NCBI RefSeq assembly: GCF_000142905.1
Contig: NW_013657641.1
Location: 68,907 to 132,906, forward strand
Source of the DNA: Thecamonas trahens ATCC 50062
Taxonomy: Eukaryota; Protista; Apusomonadida
Length of the DNA: 64,000 bases
Direction: 5' to 3'
Shown in pieces: positions 1-11,453 of this stretch. Both the position numbers and the translations under genes were made by a program. The notes beneath the pieces were generated by a model. It ran no database searches. It saw only the letters and a list, made by a program, of their open reading frames with translations, and was not told the DNA's origin. Position 1 is the first letter of the stretch; each line of letters opens with the position of its first letter.

Positions 1-2
1 GC

Positions 3-209
3 AAGCTGGAGGATCTGCGCGAGCTGTACCGGCAGAACAAGGCATTTACATCAAAGCAGCTCTCCGAGTTGCAGGGCATGTACAAGACGCAGGTGCACAA
101 AGTGGCAAGCCTCGAGCAGGAGCTTGCGGCGTCGCGCGACACGGTCGGCCGGCTGTCGACGCAGCTGCTGGCAGCAGCCCACAGCGGTAGCGGTGGTGAT
201 GGACGGTAG
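3..209 (+). CDS. 3' end of a coiled-coil protein that starts upstream of the window
   Basis: Open frame from base 3 (KLEDLRELYRQNKAFTSKQLSELQGMYKTQVHKVASLEQELAASRDTV...) to TAG at 207-209, with heptad-like pattern and GC3-rich codons. Confidence 0.6.
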   Translation, partial: KLEDLRELYRQNKAFTSKQLSELQGMYKTQVHKVASLEQELAASRDTVGRLSTQLLAAAHSGSGGDGR

Positions 210-232
210 CGTCGCTGGACGCCATACGGTAG

Positions 233-1369
233 CTAGCTCACGGGTGCCGTGAGCCAGTCGAGGGCCTTGCGGGCGTACTCGTAGCCAAGGAAGCAGGCTG
301 CGTTGGACGGGGCGGCGCGGATCATGCACGGGACAAAGCCGCGGAAGAAGCCACGCCAACCAAACTTGGCGTAGATGCCACGGACGGCGTCGCCGTAGGT
401 CTTGTACTTTTGGCGCTCTGGGACGATCGACTCCGCCTGGATGACCGACTTGACGACGTCCATGGGCATGGCGACGAACCAGAAGAGGACGCCCGACCCT
501 GCGCCTGCCGTAAGGATCTTCCACGCCGGCAGCGGGGCGCCGCTGGGCAGCAGGTCGTTGACGGCCTCCTCGGCCGTGAGCAGCGGGCGCTTGATCGCCT
601 CGTAGGAAAGAAAGTATGTTGCGTTGGCCGGCACGTCGCGGACGAGGGTGGCAAACATGCCGCGGAGCAGCGAGCGCGGCTGGGTCCGCAGCAGCTGCGA
701 GACAGCATCAAAGTAGCCGGTGAACTCGCGACGGGTCGCTGACTGGACCTGCAGCTGGATCTTGACCAGGTCGATGACCGACTCGACCGGGGTGAGCGGG
801 ATGCCGGTGAGCGCGCCGGCGATGGCGATGCGCTCGAGCGAGAGACGGGCATGGTCGGGCGTGTCAGCCGGACGGACAAGGTCCTTGGTCATGCCGTAAA
901 GTCCAAAGAGCATCGAGTTAATGACGGCAAGGCCGGCAATGGGTGACTGGACGCCCTTGTACAGCCCGCGGACGCCCTCCTCACGGACAAGTGTCCGCAG
1001 CGTCTCGACCATGCCGGCCTCGCCCTCGGCAGCCTGGATGGTCACCTTGGCCGTGTCCAACGGGTGGCACGAGATCGCCTCCAGCAGCCCGCCCGCGCAT
1101 CCAGCCACAATGTCCTTCCACGCATCGCCGGCCGACTCGGCCAGCGCCTCGGGCACCTCGGCGGCGTACTCAACGGCCTCGCCGACCAGCCCGCTGCCGC
1201 CGTTGATCAACATGGGCACCACGCCCTGCGCCTCGGCGTGCGACGCCACCCACGCCCGCATCAACTGGCCGCCGCCTGCTTCGCCACCTGCTGCGCCGCC
1301 TGCGCCCGTTGCGGCTACAGAGGCACCCGCACCCGGTGGAGCGGGATGGCCTGCAGGATGAGTAGCCAT
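233..1369 (-). CDS. Mitochondrial carrier (SLC25), carnitine/acylcarnitine or basic amino acid carrier-like
   Basis: Three carrier repeats with PX[DE]XX[KR]-type signatures (PLDTAK, VIDLVK, PMDVVK), plus EGVRGLYKG, RDVPANATYF and GFFRGFVPCMIRAAPSNAACF. ATG start inferred at 1369. Confidence 0.9.
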   Translation of the reverse strand: MATHPAGHPAPPGAGASVAATGAGGAAGGEAGGGQLMRAWVASHAEAQGVVPMLINGGSGLVGEAVEYAAEVPEALAESAGDAWKDIVAGCAGGLLEAISCHPLDTAKVTIQAAEGEAGMVETLRTLVREEGVRGLYKGVQSPIAGLAVINSMLFGLYGMTKDLVRPADTPDHARLSLERIAIAGALTGIPLTPVESVIDLVKIQLQVQSATRREFTGYFDAVSQLLRTQPRSLLRGMFATLVRDVPANATYFLSYEAIKRPLLTAEEAVNDLLPSGAPLPAWKILTAGAGSGVLFWFVAMPMDVVKSVIQAESIVPERQKYKTYGDAVRGIYAKFGWRGFFRGFVPCMIRAAPSNAACFLGYEYARKALDWLTAPVS

Positions 1370-2107
1370 GGTCAAGGAGTCGGGCTGCGGCCTCTCAGCG
1401 AGGACTGCGGGCACGAGGGGGGAGAGAGAGAAGGGAGGGGAGTAGGAGGGAGAAGGGGCTTGCTCTCTGCTGCTCCGATGGCACGTGCGGTGTTTTGGGG
1501 AGGAGGGAGAGCAGTGGCTGCCGATGCTGAGCCCTGCCTGCTGCCTGCCACACATTGCCCGCACTGCTTCCATTCGATGATTCTACGGCCAATGCCACAC
1601 CCATATTGGCCCCGCACGTGGCCACCCACCCACCGCCTCCCGCACCAGCCGCACACAGGCTCACCACGGAGGGGCGGTGGGCGATGGGGGTGGACTGAGG
1701 TGGGGAGGTGCTAGAAGAGGCTCAGGGGAGGGGGGGCTGGGATCGCGCCATGGTGTGGGTGCATCTGCTGCACATGTGGTGGTGGTGTGGTGTTGGGGCG
1801 GGCAGGGGGGGGGGGGATGGTCACAGCCACTGACAAACGATGAGGGCGGGGGGGGNNNNNNNNNNNNNNNNNNNNNNNNNNNNNNNNNNNNNNNNNNNNN
1901 NNNNNNNNNNNNNNNNNNNNNNNNNNNNNNNNNNNNNNNNNNNNNNNNNNNNNNNNNNNNNNNNNNNNNNNNNNNNNNNNNNNNNNNNNNNNNNNNNNNN
2001 NNNNNNNNNNNNNNNNNNNNNNNNNNNNNNNNNNNNNNNNNNNNNNNNNNNNNNNNNNNNNNNNNNNNNNNNNNNNNNNNNNNNNNNNNNNNNNCGAGGC
2101 CTCTGCC

Positions 2108-2215
2108 GTGCTCACGGGCGTCGTCCTTGCCACAGAATCCGCCACAGAGCCTGCTTCGGCCTCGCCGCCCGCCCCGCGCCCCGTCCCGTTCTCGGTCGAG
2201 ATCGCCGTCGAGCCA

Positions 2216-2250
<35 letters not shown>

Positions 2251-5101
2251 GCCCTCGCCGCCGCCCGCTGCCTGCGCTCCGCCGCCCGTTGATTGCACTC
2301 TGCCACGCTCGGCGCCTGTGCCTTCTCCGCAGCTCTCGCCCGCCCGCCCGCAATTGGCTCTCTCGCCGGGCATCACCGCCCGGACCATGTCGGCGCTCTT
2401 CCCCACCCGGGCTCGCCGTGCGGCGGCGGCAGCAGCGGCGGCAGCGGCGGCATCAGCCTCGTCGGGCAGCGACATCCCGCTGGTAGAAACAGCGCCCCCC
2501 TCGCCGGTGCCGTCAGCTCCACCGGGCCGGGCCCGGTCGCTCTTCCCTGGGCCCGGCGACGGTCCCGACTCTGGCGATGGGCCCATGATCCGCATCACCG
2601 CCGCCGAGCACCTGCCGTCGAACCCGCTCGCCGATGCTGCCCATCTCTACTGCGTTGTCGCGCTTCCGACCGGCGCCCTGCGGACCGGCCTCGCACCCAT
2701 TGTGGGGACGCGGGTGGCATGGGACGAGCTGCTGGTGTTTGACGAGCTCGAGTCGGGCGCCCACGCCGCCCACGGCTACATCTGGATCCATGTATGGCAG
2801 CACAACCCGCTCGACGCCGACGTGTGTCTCGGCTCAACCTTTGTCCCGCTCGCGCAAGTCGGCGTCTCCGCATCTGCCATGGTCCTCGACCTGCACGCGC
2901 CGGTCGAGACCTCGGGCTACGCTGCCCATGCGCCGGCAAACCACGCCGAGCGCGCGGCGGCAAGCCGTGGCGTCGCAGCCCTCCATGAGCGGTATACTCT
3001 CATCCCGGCCGCGCTCCAGCCGCGGCTCACTGTCGAAATGAGCATCCCGGGCCTGCAGGCCGCCGAACGCGATGCCGCGCTCGCCACCGCCGCGTCAACG
3101 CTCGCCGCCCGCGCCCCGTGTTGGGCCTACCCGCATCTCGAGAGCCCCGAGCAGATCGAGCTGGTCTTTGAAACAGGCGTCGTGGCGTCAGTCGGTGGAG
3201 AGGTTCTCGACGGCGTCGTCATCCTCACCAACATGCGGCTCTGCTTCTTTGAGGCCGAGGCGGGACGAGACTGCAGCTCGCGTGACACCCTGCTCAGCTG
3301 CGCGCTTCCGCTCGGCCTCATTGCCTGTGTCGACCGCACCTCGCAGCTCATGCTCCACAACGGGTTGACCTCGGTCGCCGGCCTCACACTCACCTCGCGC
3401 CGGACAGACGTCCTCCATCTCTTCTTCACCCTCGCCATGTCCGGCTCGGTCCTCGACGGCCTCGAGGCCCGACTTGCGTGGTACGCCGAGACCCAGGCCA
3501 TCACGCCGCTCACCTGCGAGCTCGCCGCCGCAATTGGCGCACGCCCGCGCACCCTGCCCGAGTTTGACTTTGATGCTGAGTTTGAGCGCCAGGGTGTACC
3601 GCAGAGCGTGTGGCGGCAGACAGCCGTCAACCAAGACTACCGCCTTACGCCCACCTACCCGCGAACACTCTATGTTCCAGCCGCGGTCGACGACGACGTG
3701 GTCCGCGGCTCGGCCGCCTTTCGGTCGCGGGCCCGCCTCCCAGTCCTGGCTTGGTACTGCGCCCGCAACGGAGCCGTCATCTGCCGGTCGGCGCAGCCAC
3801 TGACCGGCCTCAAGTCGTCGACGTCGGCTGACGATGTCGCGCTTGTTGCCGCCATCCGCGACTCGGTCCACGATCCCCAGCGCGCGGTCATCATCGACTG
3901 CCGCTCCTCGCTCGCTGCCACCGGCAACCGCATCATCGGCAAGGGCACAGAGAACATGGCCGCCTACCCCGGGTGCGACCTCCGCTTCATGGGCATCGAC
4001 AACATCCACGAGATGCGCCGCTCTTTTGCCGCGCTCCAAACCCTCTGCACCTCGTCGTCCGCCGCCGCAGAGTCCGACTGGCTCGCCGCCCTGCAGACCA
4101 CCCGCTGGATGGAGCACACCCGTGACATCCTCGTCGCCGCCCTTCGCGTCGTTCTCATCGTCTCGACCGGCGGCCAGGCCGTTACTGTCCACTGCTCCGA
4201 CTCGTGGGACCGGACGCCACAGATCGTCTCGCTCGCGCAGCTCCTGCTCGATCCGTACTTTCGCACAACGGCCGGCTTTGAGGCCCTGGTCGCCAAGGAG
4301 TGGATGGCCTTTGGCCACAAGTTTGCCACACGCCTAGGCCTGGTCCACGGCCTCGGCCGCGCCGCTCGCGCCGCCGCGCCCAACGCCGCCTCGCCCAACG
4401 CCGAGTCCGAGTCCGACCCGCTGTCAGGCACCAGCGGAGCGCAGGCTGCGCCGGCCTCGCGCACCTCGCCGGTCTTTGTCCAGTTCCTGGACTGCGTGGA
4501 GCAGGTCCGGGCCCAGTTCCCGGCAGCCTTTGAGTTTACCTCGGAGTATCTGGCGGCGTGGGCCGACGCCGCGTCGTCGACCTGGTTCGGCGACTTTGCG
4601 TTTGACAATTCTGCTGCGCGGACCGCCGTCTCGGCGGCGCAGCTCTCGGTCTTTGACTACTTTGCGGCGGCAGCGGCGTCGCCCGCTGGGCGTCCGCACC
4701 GCAATCGCGGATACGCACCCGACGTCGCGCCCGACGTCCTCCTTCCAGTCACCTCGATCAAGGTTCTCAAGCTCTGGTCCGCCTACTACCTCCGCTACGA
4801 CGCGGTCTTCTTCCGCCGCTTTGGCCGCGAGGCCGAGTTTCCACCGCCGGCCGCTGTCCGCGCCGGGCCCATCCTCTGGGTCCCGGACGACTTTCAGCTC
4901 GAGTGCTACGCGTGCCTCGCTGCGTTCAAGGTCTATCGGCGGCGCCACCACTGCCGGCTGTGTGGGCGCATCTTTTGCGCCGCCTGCTCCTCTAACAGAG
5001 TCTCGCTCCCATCGTTCTCCTCGAAGCAGCGGGTGTGTATTAACTGCCACCGCTGCCTGGTCGCCAGTGAGCGCGTCGGCTCGCCGGCGCAGCTAGCTTG
5101 A
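2108..5101 (+). CDS. Myotubularin-family phosphoinositide 3-phosphatase with C2-like, PH-GRAM-like and C-terminal FYVE domains; start may lie in the upstream gap
   Basis: NQDYRLTPTYP, FRSRARLPVL, ICRSAQP, IDNIHEMRRSF, VHCSDSWDRTPQ, LLLDPYFRT, KEWMAFGHKF and SPVFVQFLDCV. FYVE motifs are WVPD, RRRHHCRLCG and RVC. Confidence 0.92.
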
Positions 5102-7179
5102 CTCTGATTCCGACGCGATCGACGTCGAGTACGACGACGAGGTCGACGGAATAGTGGTCGGCACGTGCGCCGTCGTGTGCGAGCCCGAGTCGGCCGAGTA
5201 GTACGAGAGCTCCGAGAGCCGGACGTGTCGGTACGGCGACGACCGCCGGAGGAGCTTGGCCACGCCGCGGATGGCCCATACTCCGGCCGGGAGACACGGC
5301 AGGATGCAGATGAGGAGAAGGCCGAGGATAAACGACGTGTCCGGGTCGGTCGAGACATCAAAGACCGCGACCTCGATCGGGAGCCGCGGCACGCCGCATC
5401 CGCGAAAGTCGGGCACGTAGTCGGCTACGCCGCGGACCCACGCCCGGGCTTCGGTATCAAACACCGCGCATGACCGTAATGTCGAGGTCGGGATGACAGC
5501 CGACACCTTGTTGCGGTCGCACACGGCGCTGAGCATCCCGGCTGCCGGCGCCGCCACAACTAGCTCGGCGCCGGTGTCGGCCCGCAGCAGCGAGAGATAA
5601 CATGCGCGCGTGAGCTGGATCGGGCTCTTGCGCGGATGTGCTGCACCAAACAGCGGCGCTCTGCTTGTGTTCCTCCCACTCTCTGTAGCATTGAGCGGAA
5701 AGCCCGAGTCAGTCTCAAACGAGACAAGGTTGAAGACCCGCGAGGCATCCGGCAGCGCGAGGACTGCATCTGAGCCGCAGAGCGCAGCGGCGGCAAACCC
5801 GGCGGATGGCGAGGCACAGTCGTAGCGGACGATGCGGATCGACGTGAGCGAGACAATCGTGGTCGATGCAACCGGTAGCTCGTAAGCAGCAAGCTCACCG
5901 GACACAAATGGCACGGACCGCGCCGTGATGAGCGCGTGAAGGATGGCCAGGCCGCGAGCGCGAACCTCGCCCGCAACAATCCGCCGCCGGGTAAAGTCCT
6001 CCACTAGCGACGAGTCAGCAGTCCAATAGTCGCGGACAAAGGCGACGCCGGCGTCAAAGCCGGCTTGCGAGATCGGCAACGAGCGTACCACGTACGCCTC
6101 CGCCGTGGCTGCCACAGCATCGGCCAGCTGGCTGCCGAGCGGGGCGTAGAGCCGGACTGACGCCGCCAGCTGCGCCGCGCTTGCTAGCACCGCGTCAAGC
6201 ACCTCGCCCGAGACCGCCAGCGTCGTCGTTGGCGGTGAACTGAGCATGCCGGTCACAAAGTCTGTCAGTGCCGCCATCGCCGCGTTGCCCACAGCGACCG
6301 CCGCCGGCAGGAGCTCAGCCTCGGGCCGGGCGAGCAGCCTCTGCGCGGCGATGTAGCGCGGAACAAGACTTGCTGCCAGAGCTGCCGCCGTCGGCACATT
6401 GCCACTGAGAACAGAGTCGACGCCAGCGAGCACCGCGGCGGACGCCGCCAGCGGCTCTGCACCCTCGGCATCCGGCACGGTCAGATTGAACTCGAGCCTT
6501 CTGGCATCGGCGCCGTTTGTGAGGACGTCGATGGCAAGACTATAGGTGAGCGAGGCGTTGACTGCTGAGCGAGGCGGAAGGACGAGCTGGAGGACAGCAC
6601 CGCTCGGGCCAAGCAAGACCGGCGCCGGCAGCAGAGCCAGAGCACCGAGATGATCATCAGCCAGCGTGGCGGCAAAGGAGAGCGATCCGTCGCCGGACCA
6701 CCCGGCGCAGGTCACGTTGAAGCGGGGAAAGCAATGCCGGCATAGCGGACGTCTGCCAGACGAAGCGGGGAGCACCCGCCGCCGACAGCCGGGCCTGCTG
6801 TAGTAAAGGTGGTCGAAGCCAGGCCCGAGCCGGATGCGCCGGTGACAGCCACGGCGATGGTGTAGGTGGTGGCCGCGGCGAGCGAGTCGGGAGCAAGGAC
6901 CATATGCGGGAGATCCACCGGCGAGACGGAGGCTCGGACAGCGCACTCATGCGGCGCAGTGCACACCCATCCATAGCGCAGCGGCGGCGTGAGGCTTGTG
7001 GCGGAGACCAGGCGGACCGGAGCCGAGGCAGACGGCCGACCCACTGGCCCGCTCACCGTCACCGACTGGCCCACGCATCCGACCACAACAGCAAGTACGA
7101 GGAGGGTGAGATGTAGGAGGCGGTGGGAAGTAGGAGATGGGGGTGGAGATGGGCATGGGGGTGGGGATGGGGGTGGCAT
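5093..7179 (-). CDS. Single-pass membrane protein with REJ (polycystin-1-like) ectodomain and degenerate GPS-like motif; one -1 frameshift near 6725
   Basis: Signal peptide LLHLTLLVLAVVVGCVG; REJ-like RYGWVC...LAPDSL...TYTIAVAV...PAVGGGC then FNVTCAGW in the next frame; CAVFD...W..G..C before TM FILGLLLICILPCLPAGVWAI. Joins ORFs 6712..7674 and 5093..6946. Confidence 0.6.
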
Positions 7180-7534
7180 GGGGGGCGGGGGGGTGGGGGC
7201 GGGCGGCGTGCGGTGTGGTGCTGTAAGGCGACGCCGACTGCCGAACAGCAGGCTGAGCCGATTTGAGAGGGACACTCGGCCCAATCCGGTGCGGACTGGC
7301 CGAAGTCTCATCGTACCCATGGTGTGCTTGGATCGGGATGAAGTTGGCCGATGATGAAGTGGGGAAGGAGAGGGAGGGAGAGGGGGGACGACCTCCAACC
7401 CGATCTCCTTGACCACCCCGGTCTCTTGGTGTGTGTCCCGAAATGATTGATCACAACGAATGCGTTTGGTAGCCAGCTGCTCTTCGCCAAGACCAAGTTC
7501 GGACGCCAGATCCCGCCTCGCCCATCGTCGTTCA

Positions 7535-8416
7535 CTACCTTTTATCCTTGCGCTCACTCTTACGCTTACGCTTACGCTTGCCCTTGCCCTTGCCGCGCTT
7601 GCGCGACGAGAGTAAGCGCTTGGATCGCGGGCCGGCGAACCGATCGCTGTCTCCACTCGACCTTGCAGGTCCATCTAGCGTGCGGCTGGCCCCAAACACG
7701 GCGAGCGCCTCTTCAACGCTGTAAACGGGCCCATCGTCAGTGTTGGACATGTCCCACAGCCGCGGCAGAGTGTGCGCCGAGTCTGCTCGCCGGCCCCGCA
7801 TGCATGACCACGGCGGCGGCGTCTTGATGTACGCCCCATCACGGACCATATGGGACCGATCCGAGGCAAAGACCTCTAGGAACTTGCGCGCCTCCACCGC
7901 CTTGATCTGCTGCATGTACTTGCTCCGCAGCGCCACTCCCGGCCGGAACGTGTACGCCACATACGCATCCAATGGGCTGGGGAACGGGAGTGATGTATCC
8001 AGATCAAACACCATGATCTCGCCCGCGCCGCCCCGCGACCCTGTGCCCGATCCACCGCTCCCATCGCCCGACTCGGTCTCTATCTCTGTCTCGGTCTCGA
8101 CCTCTGACGCTGACTCTGACTCTGATCCGTGGCAAGAGCGGCGGCCATCGTCCCCATCGTAGTCATCGACCTCTGCCACCACCAGCACATGATAATCCCA
8201 GACCACCACATCGTCCGGCGGCGACTGGCGAGCGTTCCGCTGACCCCAGAGCGGCACAGCCTTGGCTTGGTTGGAGATCAGCCAGATCCAGACCCTCCCC
8301 ACATCGTCGCGTCCGTCGAGCGTCTTTGCCAACCTCGCCGCGTTTTCCTCGCAGTAGCACGACGCATACTCGGGCACAATTCCCCGCCATGTCACCCCTG
8401 CCCCATCGCTCGCCAT
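7535..8416 (-). CDS. NTAQ1: Protein N-terminal glutamine amidohydrolase (N-degron pathway)
   Basis: YASCYCEEN, VVWDYHV, VFDLDTSLPFP and FASDRSHM, giving the Cys-His-Asp triad of the WDYHV1 family. Confidence 0.92.
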   Translation of the reverse strand: MASDGAGVTWRGIVPEYASCYCEENAARLAKTLDGRDDVGRVWIWLISNQAKAVPLWGQRNARQSPPDDVVVWDYHVLVVAEVDDYDGDDGRRSCHGSESESASEVETETEIETESGDGSGGSGTGSRGGAGEIMVFDLDTSLPFPSPLDAYVAYTFRPGVALRSKYMQQIKAVEARKFLEVFASDRSHMVRDGAYIKTPPPWSCMRGRRADSAHTLPRLWDMSNTDDGPVYSVEEALAVFGASRTLDGPARSSGDSDRFAGPRSKRLLSSRKRGKGKGKRKRKRKSERKDKR

Positions 8417-8630
8417 TCCACACCCTTGCCCTGCCCGACAAGCCAAGTGCTGCCGAGCCACCCAAAGCCCGTTGCCCCAGCCCCCTGAGCCGGCAACCCA
8501 GCCAGCCGGCAACCCAGCCAGCCGGCAACCCAGCCAGCCGCCAGCCGCCAGCCGCCAGCCGCCAGCCCCCTGAGCCGAATCGGTCACCAGACCTGGCTCA
8601 CTGCCAGCCCCCTCCCCCCCCCCCTTCTCT

Positions 8631-9995
8631 ATGGCCACTGACTCGTCCCGGGCCCGTCGCCTTGCTCTGTACGCCGAGGCTCTTGCTGACGCCGATGCAG
8701 CCCGGGCAGCCCGCCTCGCCTCGACCGCCTCGCCCTACGCCTCGACCGCCTCGCCCTACGCCTCGCCTGCCGATCGTGCGACGCTAGCTGCTGCGGCTGC
8801 GGCTGCTGAACTGGATGCGCTTTACGCTCCGCTTCGTCGCGTTCTTGCTGACGAAGCGGCAGCGGCCGATGCCGCCGCTGCCGCCGCTGCAGCCGCTGCC
8901 ACTGCTGCTGCCGCTGCTACTGTCGCGCCGGCCGCCGCTGCGTTCGGCTCGTCTGCAGCTCGCACGGCAACATCGCCATCGTTACCGGCAGCAGCAGCGG
9001 TGGCAGCATCGAAACAGGAACAGGCGCTGATCGAGTCTGAGGTGCGGGCGCGGGCGCGGGCTCTGGTTGAGGCTGATCTCGCCGCCCGCTACCCGCCGTC
9101 TATCCTCGGCCCGGCGCGCCCACCCACTCCTGTCCAACCGGCGCTGAAGCTGTCAGCTATGGACGTGATGCTGTCGTCGTCGCTCAGGCGGTCTCACCGG
9201 CGCTCGCTTCCGCCTGTGGCGCTGACACCGACGGTGGTACCACAGGCTGCCGGAGCGGCGCCAGCTGTGCCATCGCTCGACTTTAGCTCCGTCTCGCACG
9301 CGCACGCTTCGCCAGTCCGGCGATGGCGGTGGCAGAGTGCAGGCGTAGTTGCTGCCAAGCGGCCGGCACCCACTGGTGTGGCGCGCGTGGTACGGCTGCA
9401 GGTGGCAGTCCGTCGCGCGGCGCATGCCGCCGTCTCGTGCCCGCCGCTCGCCGAGCCCTTGGTGGGCGTAGCCGTCGAGCGGACGATGCCGCGCCCGGTT
9501 GCGGTTGCAGCGGTGCAGACCGAGCCGGATCACCGAGTGGTGGCCATGATGGGCGAGAAGGCTGTGCTGGCTCAGCATGCGACTCAGGCGCTGGGCATGG
9601 TTGCGCAGCTTCGGGAGGAGCTCGAGCGGACCCGCCAGGCGCTGGCCGAGGCACGCCAGCGCGCCCCCAGCCGCTCGTGCGGGACCCAGACGCTGGTTCT
9701 GCCATCGCTAGAGGAGGCGGCAATGCGGACAGAGCTTGATGCGCTCTGTGCAGACAACGCTGAGCTGCGGATCCGCGCTGGGCACGCCGAGTCGGCGCAC
9801 ACGTCCGCGCTTGCCACCATCGCCGAGCTCCAACGCGAGTTGGCCCAGGCCGATGCGCGCCTCCTCACACTTGCGCGCCACACTTCGCTTCTCCGACAAG
9901 TCGACGCTGTTCAGCTTGCCAACCTCTCTGGCACCGCTGCGCTCCAGGCGCGGCAGCTGGCGCGCCGTCCGGGAGTCGTCCCCGTATCGCCGTGA
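8631..9995 (+). CDS. Hypothetical Ala-rich protein with C-terminal coiled coil
   Basis: 454-aa ATG-initiated ORF with coding-like codon use and heptads (QLREELERTRQAL, IAELQRELAQAD). No family recognised. Confidence 0.6.
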   Translation: MATDSSRARRLALYAEALADADAARAARLASTASPYASTASPYASPADRATLAAAAAAAELDALYAPLRRVLADEAAAADAAAAAAAAAATAAAAATVAPAAAAFGSSAARTATSPSLPAAAAVAASKQEQALIESEVRARARALVEADLAARYPPSILGPARPPTPVQPALKLSAMDVMLSSSLRRSHRRSLPPVALTPTVVPQAAGAAPAVPSLDFSSVSHAHASPVRRWRWQSAGVVAAKRPAPTGVARVVRLQVAVRRAAHAAVSCPPLAEPLVGVAVERTMPRPVAVAAVQTEPDHRVVAMMGEKAVLAQHATQALGMVAQLREELERTRQALAEARQRAPSRSCGTQTLVLPSLEEAAMRTELDALCADNAELRIRAGHAESAHTSALATIAELQRELAQADARLLTLARHTSLLRQVDAVQLANLSGTAALQARQLARRPGVVPVSP

Positions 9996-10941
9996 TCGCC
10001 CGACGTGTTGCGTCTGCGCAGACTACCGATCCACACCTACTTCGCCGTGACGCTGATAGGCGACCGAGCCCCACACCGCCCCGCAATCGCGCCGCAGCCG
10101 GCGGACCCGTCAATGGCCCAAGACGCTCCAGCGCTGCGGCGTTATGTCGCACAGCCCGTAGCACCTTTCTGCCAAGCCGCAACCGTGTCACTCTCTCCCA
10201 CCGTCCACACCACAACTTGACTCAAGCCATCGAACAAAACCGCAGTCAATTTTGGCATCAGCACCAGCGCCACCTCACGCACAACCGCTCCCTCCGTCAC
10301 CCTCACGTCCACGCCGATACAACACCCAGCCCCACCCATCCCGCTCCCGCCCCGCCATCCCCCATCCCCTTTCTCACTCCCCATCCTCACCACACAACAC
10401 CAGCAGGACGACCCTCCCCCCTCCCCCCCTCCCCCTCCCCACCCACCCAGCCGACCACCACCGAACAATCCACCATTGCCGTGACATCACCAACGATTCC
10501 GCTGACCTGACCACAGCCCGCACCCCCCCCCCCTCCACCCCCCCCCTCCCANNNNNNNNNNNNNNNNNNNNNNNNNNNNNNNNNNNNNNNNNNNNNNNNN
10601 NNNNNNNNNNNNNNNNNNNNNNNNNNNNNNNNNNNNNNNNNNNNNNNNNNNNNNNNNNNNNNNNNNNNNNNNNNNNNNNNNNNNNNNNNNNNNNNNNNNN
10701 NNNNNNNNNNNNNNNNNNNNNNNNNNNNNNNNNNNNNNNNNNNNNNNNNNNNNNNNNNNNNNNNNNNNNNNNNNNNNNNNNNNNNNNNNNNNNNNNNNNN
10801 NNNNNNNNNNNNNNNNNNNNNNNNNCCCTCGACGGGTGACATTGCCAGGGAGAGCCAGGGACACCGCGTGTGGCAAAAGGGAAAAGGGAGCACACCATCC
10901 CCTCCACCCACCCACCCCCGCGCCCTTCCCCTTCACCTTCT

Positions 10942-11418
10942 ATGCCTGGTGAGGTGAGCCGAGGTGGGCGGGCGAGTCGGACGACGACGGCGTCATCATG
11001 GACGGCGGGCGGACCTGGTACAGGCATGCGAAGCGGAGAAACAAGTGGACGGAGGCCTTCTGCTGGACAGACTGCTTCTGCTACGCCTGCTGGCACTGCC
11101 GCCCCCAGGTCGGTTGCCGCGGTCCGCCCGGGCTCGTCGGCTGACCTCCGCCGCGAGTTGCGCGCGACAGACGACGGTGCCGGCCGTGGGAGCTGGCACG
11201 GCGGAGTCGACGGCGGTGGACGACGCATCGTCTTAGATGACGGGCATGGTGGTCATGGTGATGGCGTTGGGCGTGGTGATCATCAGAGTCGAGGCTCCAC
11301 TCGCGGCCACCGTGCTGGTGATCGCCGCGGCGAGGCGCCTGGCTTTGGCGGCTATGGCGCGGCCCGGGGAGCCGGCGCAGGAAACGGATACTCTCTGGAG
11401 GATTTTACCGTCTCGTCG

Positions 11419-11453
<35 letters not shown>

